Of a stretch of DNA of 64,000 nt, positions 57,724 through 64,000 are shown in pieces. The stretch spans positions 372,001 through 436,000 of the forward strand of contig OZ025702.1 of the NCBI GenBank assembly GCA_964019335.1. Direction: 5' to 3'. The notes below the pieces were generated by a model that did not search any database, had not been told where the DNA came from, and worked only from the letters and a program-made list of their open reading frames with translations. Numbering within the stretch: the first letter of the stretch is position 1; every line of letters begins with the position of its first letter. A program made the position numbers and the translations under genes. This DNA is from Diplonema japonicum (Eukaryota; Protista; Euglenozoa: Diplonemea).

Positions 57724-59238
57724 CTGTAAAACATAAATTACTAGAAGATGAAATGTCCAGAAGCTCTGGTGGTCCGGACATTTTTTTTCTGGGACTTTTT
57801 TTTTTAAAGGGCTGAACCCGAAAACGGATGAACTAGTTTCTGTAGCAAAAGAGAAAATCAAACGAAAATCAGAGAATTGAATTACGGACTTTTCCAAAAA
57901 CTAAAAGATACCTCAAAATCCTGATTGTTCGCTTCTACCACAAACTTGTCGAACCGAACCACTTTCTTATGCTTGCTTTAGGGTTGTTCTTATACTTTTT
58001 ATTTTTCATTTTCCTAGCCACATTCCAGACGCTTATCTTCATTAACTTTTTCAAAAATGCAACAGGGCACTTTGACTAACTGGCGCTAATGTCCAGTATA
58101 TCTGACTGGAAACACCGCTTTGGTAGCTCCAAGGTCGATCCCCCTGCCGCACCCGTTACTGCGGGTCGCAAGCCTCTTCTGAACACGAAGAAACAACCAA
58201 GCTCTTTGCTGTATTCAGGTGCAGAACGGAAGGGGGGTGCCGGTAGCAGCGTCGGATATCTGTCTGTATGCAGAGGGTCTCCTGCGCTGCAACCCGCTGC
58301 AGAAGCGTTTAGGGGAACGGTGGTTTCTCCCAAGCCTGGGCAACCAGCTGTGCTCCAAGCATGGCATCATAGTCGCCCAACAGGGAAGTCTAGCAGCCCC
58401 AAAGACACCCAAGAAGCGAGGAGGTTGGCAGAGGAGGTCAGAAGGACCATCGAAGAACACGGGACCAGACGGCGCTTCCCCTGCTGCCGCTGGGGAAGAA
58501 GACGAAGACGAAAGGGGGTTCCAAGGCTGTCAAGGTTAGGGGTTTGGGGGACAGTTTTGCGTTTCCCTGTCTGGTGGGTCCCTCGTGTTGCACACCCCCC
58601 AGAAGGCTGGAGTTTAACAGCTTCGAAATCTCACTGGGCCACCCAGGAAACGCTTCGGCTCTAGAAGATTTGGTTCTCTCCTTCTGCTACAACCTCATCA
58701 GGCTGGGCCAACGAGCCCATCCTACTCATTCTTGATGACTACAATGTCCACACTACGCAGGCTTTTGTGAACTTGTTTTCAGAAACAAACGTTCACTTAG
58801 CGTTTGCCCCCCAGGCCCCACCTATTTGTGCCAGCCCCTGGATATAGGACTGAACGCCTCAATGAAGGCGACAATCAAGACCAAGTATAAAAAATGGTCT
58901 ATGAGGACTTGGACAAGTTTGTGGACGAAGGGAACCGTCAGGAAGAGTGGACAGTACCAAATACAAGTGAGATAACAGGACCACATCTGAGGTATTTTTT
59001 TTTAGTAATTCAACTTTTCCTTCTTTTTATTTTTGCCATTTTTAAGACTCTTGCAACAGAAACATAAGTTTTTCCGGGGAAACATGCAGCAGACAGGGGA
59101 CAGTGCGTAGGACAGGCTAGGACCCCCCCCCCTAGAAAAGTGCCAAAAAAATGTCCGGAAGGTATAATGCCCGGATAAAGAATCACCGGTGTTTCGGCGG
59201 TCCGACATTTTATCTTACGGGTTTTTTTTGTTCTACAG
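57724..59238 (+). mobile_element. Second, longer pogo-like DNA transposon copy (degenerate)
   Basis: TA-CTGTAAAACA...TTCTACAG-TA; homologous to 4032-4924; DDE_1 remnants ILLILDDYNVH and PLDIGLNASMK. Confidence 0.85.
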
Positions 59239-59291
59239 TATCCTTTTTCATAATTCACCAAAGGTTCCCCTCCCCCCTTTTTTTTCTTGCA

Positions 59292-59942
59292 ATGGGACAA
59301 AGTGTTACAAAATCCTGTTTGGAGCGGCCAAAGGTTGAGGCGTCGGCTGTCCTGTTGGGTCCGAGCGGTTCAGGAAAGACGAGTATTTGTTTAAGATTAG
59401 CAGAAGAAGCTATGGTACCGAAGCCCACAGGCGTGGAGGAACCGCTGAAAGATAACCACATGGGCGCCTTGAGAATGAACAGATGGAAGTTTGATATAGG
59501 TGCCAACGGTGTGGGGACAAGATTCAAGGTGCTCGATCTAGGTGGGAAGAAGGAGCACCAAGCTGTGTGGAGCAACAGCTACGCAAACATGCGGTCGATA
59601 ATCTACGTCTTCGACCCCAGCACCGAGGCTTCTGTTGACCAAGCCGTTGCGGTCTTCCGTTCCCATGTGCTCCCTCACATCATCGCCGCTCGGATCCCCT
59701 TGCTGCTCCTCGCGAACGTTAAGTGCGACGACGCTGCCCCCCTTCCCCTTTCCTCCGTCGAGACGGCCTTCTCCCTCGAAGACTCCATAACATGGTCCTT
59801 CCATACTGTTTCCGCCATCTCCGGCCATGGTCTCCACGAGGCCATCACATCCCTTTGCGAAATGACAGCCGCCAGCACTAATGAACACCTCCGGAACGGG
59901 CTTCACTCCGGGTTCTTTTTTGATCTTCGGAATTTTTGGTGA
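59292..59942 (+). CDS. Divergent Arf-like small GTPase
   Basis: MGQSVTK myristoylation-type start, GPSGSGKT, DLGG, IYVFD, SAISGHGL. Confidence 0.8.
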   Translation: MGQSVTKSCLERPKVEASAVLLGPSGSGKTSICLRLAEEAMVPKPTGVEEPLKDNHMGALRMNRWKFDIGANGVGTRFKVLDLGGKKEHQAVWSNSYANMRSIIYVFDPSTEASVDQAVAVFRSHVLPHIIAARIPLLLLANVKCDDAAPLPLSSVETAFSLEDSITWSFHTVSAISGHGLHEAITSLCEMTAASTNEHLRNGLHSGFFFDLRNFW

Positions 59943-59959
59943 CGGAGGGAAAAGGAGAT

Positions 59960-60003
<44 letters not shown>

Positions 60004-60044
60004 GTGGTGGGGATAACATGAAAATATAAGAAAAACATCAGATG

Positions 60045-60307
60045 TGTTGTTCGCTGTTGACCTCCTCGTCGGTCATCACCGGTAGCGCCCGAGTGGAAGA
60101 TCATAAAGCAGATGCTCAGGGTGACGAACAGGCAGCAAACTGCACGAGCGTAGAATCTTGGTTACCCGGGACGCCCCGGCTGGGGTTGAGCTGCACACCG
60201 CACGCATTAAGGACACGACGCGGAACGCAGAAGAAGCTACAATTCGGTTGCGGTGCGCCCCCTGTAATCAAGTAGACAGTTCTTGTGCAGGGCGCCGCCA
60301 ACACCGG
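60045..60307. ncRNA. Candidate structured RNA element, unassigned
   Basis: Two 9-bp helices plus long-range pairings (see findings). Confidence 0.4.
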
Positions 60308-60450
60308 CCTCCTTTAACTCATATTTTTTTTTTGTTACACGTATCGGGGGGGGGGAAGGGGGGGTTTTTTTTTCCGAGGGGCATTCTTAACCCGTATCCC
60401 TTTTCTTTTAATGTCGTTCTACTTTTTCAAATAAAACCACCAGGCAAGTC

Positions 60451-62853
60451 ATGACGCTCACTAGAAACGCCCTGCGTGTCAATGCAGCAGTTTTTTTCGC
60501 TGCTGGCGCCGTGCTGGTGGCACGTCCCGAGCTGATCTGGGACAGCTATTCTGAGGACGATGTAACCAAGTTAGTCGACATCATCAGCAGGCTGCTGGGC
60601 GGGATCATGATGTGCAGCGGGGTGCTGTGCGGGGTCAGCTCCATGCAGAGGATGTCTTCAGGGACGCAGGAGCGTGTGGCAATGGGGTTCGCTTCCGGGG
60701 CAGCGTTGGTTTGGACGCTTGTACACGGTGTGGATGGGCTGGGCGAGAAGAGTGTCCACGACACCTACGCAGGGATGCAAGGCGGCATCGGTGGTGTTCT
60801 CATACTTTTCAATTCAACTGTCCTTATGCTTGACATTTTTAGCCGCATCCCTTCGGACGCTATATTCCTCAGAAGGGAATTCGAACACAACGAAGAAGAG
60901 GAACAGGAGCCTTTACTGGGGGACGACGAGGCCCATATCCCAGTGAGGACCTCAAAGCCTGCGGTGTTCTCCCTCAACGACGACGACGAGTCCGAAACCC
61001 CGCAGCGAAGGGAACATGACGGAAAGAAGAAGCCGGAGAAAGGCTGGGCGAAGCTAATCGACCTCGCGAAGCCGGAGCAGAAGATCCTGTACTCTGGGTG
61101 TCTGGCGCTCCTTATCCGGTTGCCGTTCTCAATGTCTATCCCGCACTTTGTGGCAGAGTGCATTGGGTGTCTTGTGAACCAGGACCAGAGTGGTGCGATC
61201 CGGAACATCATCTTCCTGATAGCCGCGGGGACCATAGACGCCATGCTTGACTTTTGGAATTTCTTCCTGTTCGGCTTCGCACAGCAGCGGCTTGTCAAAC
61301 GCCTGCGATGCACGCTGTTCAAAACCCTTCTCGGGATGGATATAGGTTTCTACGACGGCACATCAACGGGAGAGGTTGCCTCCCGCCTGCTGGTTGACAC
61401 GTCGGAGATGGGCAACGACCTCACATGGGTCTTCAGATGGACCATCGAAGCGGTAGTGCGCATCCTTGGCGTGATAGGGTACATGTACGTCAGGGAGTGG
61501 AGGCTTGCCTCTATCTCGCTCTCCGTGACACCCATCTGCGCCGTCATCAACAAGGTGTACGGAGATTGGCTCTCCAAGAATGCTGAGAAAGTGCAGGCCA
61601 CCCTCGCAGACTCCAACAAAGTCGCGGAGGAGGTGCTCTCGTCCGTCAGAACCGTCTACTCGTTCCACAACCAGGAGTACGAGACGCAGCGATACGAGGA
61701 AACCGTTTTCAAGTGGTACAACTTGAACATTAAACAAACCTTCATGCAAGCGCTTTACTACATGTCTGTGGCAACCTTCTTGTTCAACACCTGTGTCCAG
61801 GCTGCCATCCTTCTGTACGGTACACGGCTTGTCATCCACGAGGGCATGGACGCATCTATCCTTTTCGCCTTCATGCTGTACCAGGCTATGCTGCAGCAGT
61901 GGATCACGGCACTGCTCAACTCTTTCACTAACCTCATCAAGTCGACTGGCGCCGGTGCCAAGGTTTTTGAACTTCTGGAGCAACCGCCCCCTCCCCGCTC
62001 CAAAGACCTTGTCCCAGAAGCCCCAGAAGGGCATACTATTGAGCTGCAGGACGTCTTCTTCAAGTACCCCACCCGCGAAGCGGAAGTTCTGAAGGGGATC
62101 TCGTTCAAGGTCCGTCCAGGTGAGACCGTCGCGCTAGTCGGCCTGTCTGGGGCGGGGAAGTCGACACTCTTCCACCTCCTCGAGAAGTTCTACGACCCCT
62201 GCCAGGGCAGCGTTCTCCTCGACGGTATGCCCGTAGCAGACATCGACTCAACGTGGCTGCACTCGAATGTCGCCCTTGTGGGGCAAGAACCCGTCTTGTT
62301 TTCGGGAACGATCCGGTCGAACATTCTATACAGCCTTCTGCAACGTCACCCGAACCTCATGAAGCAGATGGAGGAGGACAGTACCCTGCGTGATGAGATG
62401 GAGGGAAGGGTGCGGGATGCGGTGCGGCTGGCCAACGCAACGGAGTTTATCTCAAAGCTCCCCGACGAGATGGACACGGAGGTAGGGGAGAAAGGGGCGC
62501 AGCTCTCGGGGGGGCAGAAACAGAGGATAGCCATCGCTAGAGCGTTGATCCAGGACCCAGGTGTGCTACTTCTTGACGAAGCGACGTCAGCATTGGACTC
62601 AAGCTCGGAACGTGTTGTGCAAAAAGCCTTGGAAGCAGCGGCTAAAGGACGTACTACCTTGGTCATCGCACATCGGTTGTCTACTGTAGCTCGAGCAGAC
62701 TGCATCCTTGTCCTTGATGGAGGACGTGTGGTCCAGCAGGGCACCCACGAGGAACTGCTAGCCGCCCCACAGGCTACCGACCCCAACCAGCTCACCTACC
62801 GTACCCTCGTCGAGCAGCAGATGCGTCCCCAGCTGGAAATCGAAAAAGAGTAA
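60451..62853 (+). CDS. ABCB-family half transporter (TAP/ABCB9-like) with extra N-terminal TM domain
   Basis: GLSGAGKST, VGQEPVLF, LSGGQKQRIAIARAL, LLLDEATSALD, IAHRLSTV. Confidence 0.95.
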   Translation: MTLTRNALRVNAAVFFAAGAVLVARPELIWDSYSEDDVTKLVDIISRLLGGIMMCSGVLCGVSSMQRMSSGTQERVAMGFASGAALVWTLVHGVDGLGEKSVHDTYAGMQGGIGGVLILFNSTVLMLDIFSRIPSDAIFLRREFEHNEEEEQEPLLGDDEAHIPVRTSKPAVFSLNDDDESETPQRREHDGKKKPEKGWAKLIDLAKPEQKILYSGCLALLIRLPFSMSIPHFVAECIGCLVNQDQSGAIRNIIFLIAAGTIDAMLDFWNFFLFGFAQQRLVKRLRCTLFKTLLGMDIGFYDGTSTGEVASRLLVDTSEMGNDLTWVFRWTIEAVVRILGVIGYMYVREWRLASISLSVTPICAVINKVYGDWLSKNAEKVQATLADSNKVAEEVLSSVRTVYSFHNQEYETQRYEETVFKWYNLNIKQTFMQALYYMSVATFLFNTCVQAAILLYGTRLVIHEGMDASILFAFMLYQAMLQQWITALLNSFTNLIKSTGAGAKVFELLEQPPPPRSKDLVPEAPEGHTIELQDVFFKYPTREAEVLKGISFKVRPGETVALVGLSGAGKSTLFHLLEKFYDPCQGSVLLDGMPVADIDSTWLHSNVALVGQEPVLFSGTIRSNILYSLLQRHPNLMKQMEEDSTLRDEMEGRVRDAVRLANATEFISKLPDEMDTEVGEKGAQLSGGQKQRIAIARALIQDPGVLLLDEATSALDSSSERVVQKALEAAAKGRTTLVIAHRLSTVARADCILVLDGGRVVQQGTHEELLAAPQATDPNQLTYRTLVEQQMRPQLEIEKE

Positions 62854-63207
62854 TCACTTGAACTTCTTTTTTTAAGAGTTTAAAGTAAGAACATTGGTAA
62901 CAGATCAAGGCAAGGGGCGGCCTCACAGTTTTGACCTTTTTGTCTTCTGAGAAAAAAAAAAAAAAAAGCTCCCGCCAACAAGGTTATGGCAGGCGCAGCA
63001 CCTTAACTCAATAATATTCAGTTCTTTTTTTTTTCTTCTTTTTTTTTTAAAGCCAGTGTTCGATTTCGTTCCACGTCTATCCCTTTTGAGACCCGTCCCC
63101 TTCATGGCTATCACGGCGGTTCGGTAAGAAGTTATTCTCTTTTCTTTTCCGGCACCATCGCACCCCTCCCATCCCTTCGTGTTGCAGCGAGATATTTATA
63201 TGCGAAA

Positions 63208-63927
63208 ATGATGAGGCGAACAGCGAAAGCATGCTTCCTACCAAGGAACATCACGAGACAGCTTGTTGAAGGGGAAGCTCTGATGGAGCAAGTGGCTGGG
63301 AGCAAGATTTTAAGCGGTGTTAAGGTGTTTGAAGGTTTCGTGAGCAAAACTGAGGAGCTACGCTTGGCAGAAGAGGCGGGTGTGTGGATGGAGAGCGGGC
63401 ACTGCAAGAAGGGAGAGGTGAATGTGATGGAATTTGCCGGAAAGTCGACAAGAAGAGGCTTAGTCGATATTGTATCACACGCTGATAACAACCAAAGGGT
63501 AAGGGTGGCTGCCACGCAGCATGCCAGGCAAGCTGACACGCTGATGGCGGAGATACGAAGAATGGGGATTATCGAGTCGTCGGTGACTGCTTTTCGGTTC
63601 AAAGAGTACCTGACCCCTACGTCGGGGTCAGCACCTGTCCATAAGTTCCCTTCTTGGCAGGCGCCATTCTTTCTGACCGTCTCTTTGCTGTCGGCGGCCG
63701 TTATGAGGTTCGATCACCACCCCTCAGCGTCGAAGGTGAATGTATACCTCCCTCCACGCTCCCTTCTTGTTTGCGAGGCTCCCGGATCTACCGAATGGTC
63801 GCACTGCATCCCCCGCACGTCCGTTTCATTCAACAGCAAACGTGTCCTTCGTGATTACCGCCTCAGTATAGATTTCTACAAGCTTAACACCGAAGGACAT
63901 GATCTTGTGGACGTAGATGTTGATTGA
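63208..63927 (+). CDS. AlkB/ALKBH7-like 2OG-Fe(II) oxygenase-fold protein, possibly mitochondrial
   Basis: EGFVSKTEE, VSLLSAAVMRF, YLPPRSLLV, WSHCI, RLSIDF; Arg-rich N-terminus. Confidence 0.65.
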   Translation: MMRRTAKACFLPRNITRQLVEGEALMEQVAGSKILSGVKVFEGFVSKTEELRLAEEAGVWMESGHCKKGEVNVMEFAGKSTRRGLVDIVSHADNNQRVRVAATQHARQADTLMAEIRRMGIIESSVTAFRFKEYLTPTSGSAPVHKFPSWQAPFFLTVSLLSAAVMRFDHHPSASKVNVYLPPRSLLVCEAPGSTEWSHCIPRTSVSFNSKRVLRDYRLSIDFYKLNTEGHDLVDVDVD

Positions 63928-64000
63928 TTCCCCTCTCACCCAGATTTTTATTTGATAGAAAGAAAGATTTAAAAGAAACACAGGAGGGTTGCCCCAACTG

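Noticed and set aside
1-64000. Alternative genetic code or non-canonical introns
   Set aside because: All host gene models close with standard stops and GT-AG introns

Overview
Eukaryotic nuclear DNA, most consistent with a euglenozoan (diplonemid/free-living kinetoplastid-like) protist; the taxon is inferred, not proven. About 20 host protein genes all lie on the + strand. They have short GT-AG introns and are separated by homopolymer-rich spacers. Genes: ThiD (partial), amino-acid permease, SPRY protein, Trm8, PH protein, a split EF-hand/Arf-like GTPase, double-p25alpha TPPP, kinesin, MYND protein, two-pore channel, Cdc20, RRM/poly-Q protein, TMEM214-like protein, a ~3,150-aa Mn-motif-like repeat protein, two receptor-type pseudo-cyclases, an Arf-like GTPase, an ABCB half-transporter and an AlkB-like protein. 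There are three tRNA genes and decayed mobile elements of five classes (pogo-like, piggyBac, hAT-like, LINE, Crypton-like tyrosine-recombinase element). The most interesting signals are: (1) both elongator tRNAs carry C33 instead of the near-universal U33; (2) a Crypton-like element and a non-autonomous family share an asymmetric hairpin-plus-inverted-repeat architecture; (3) several highly structured 185-260 nt RNA-like islands, and a small repeated hairpin, start right after acceptor-like AGs; (4) many introns have poly-A/purine tracts, not pyrimidine tracts, before the 3' AG. All folds and gene models were derived by eye and need computational or RNA confirmation.
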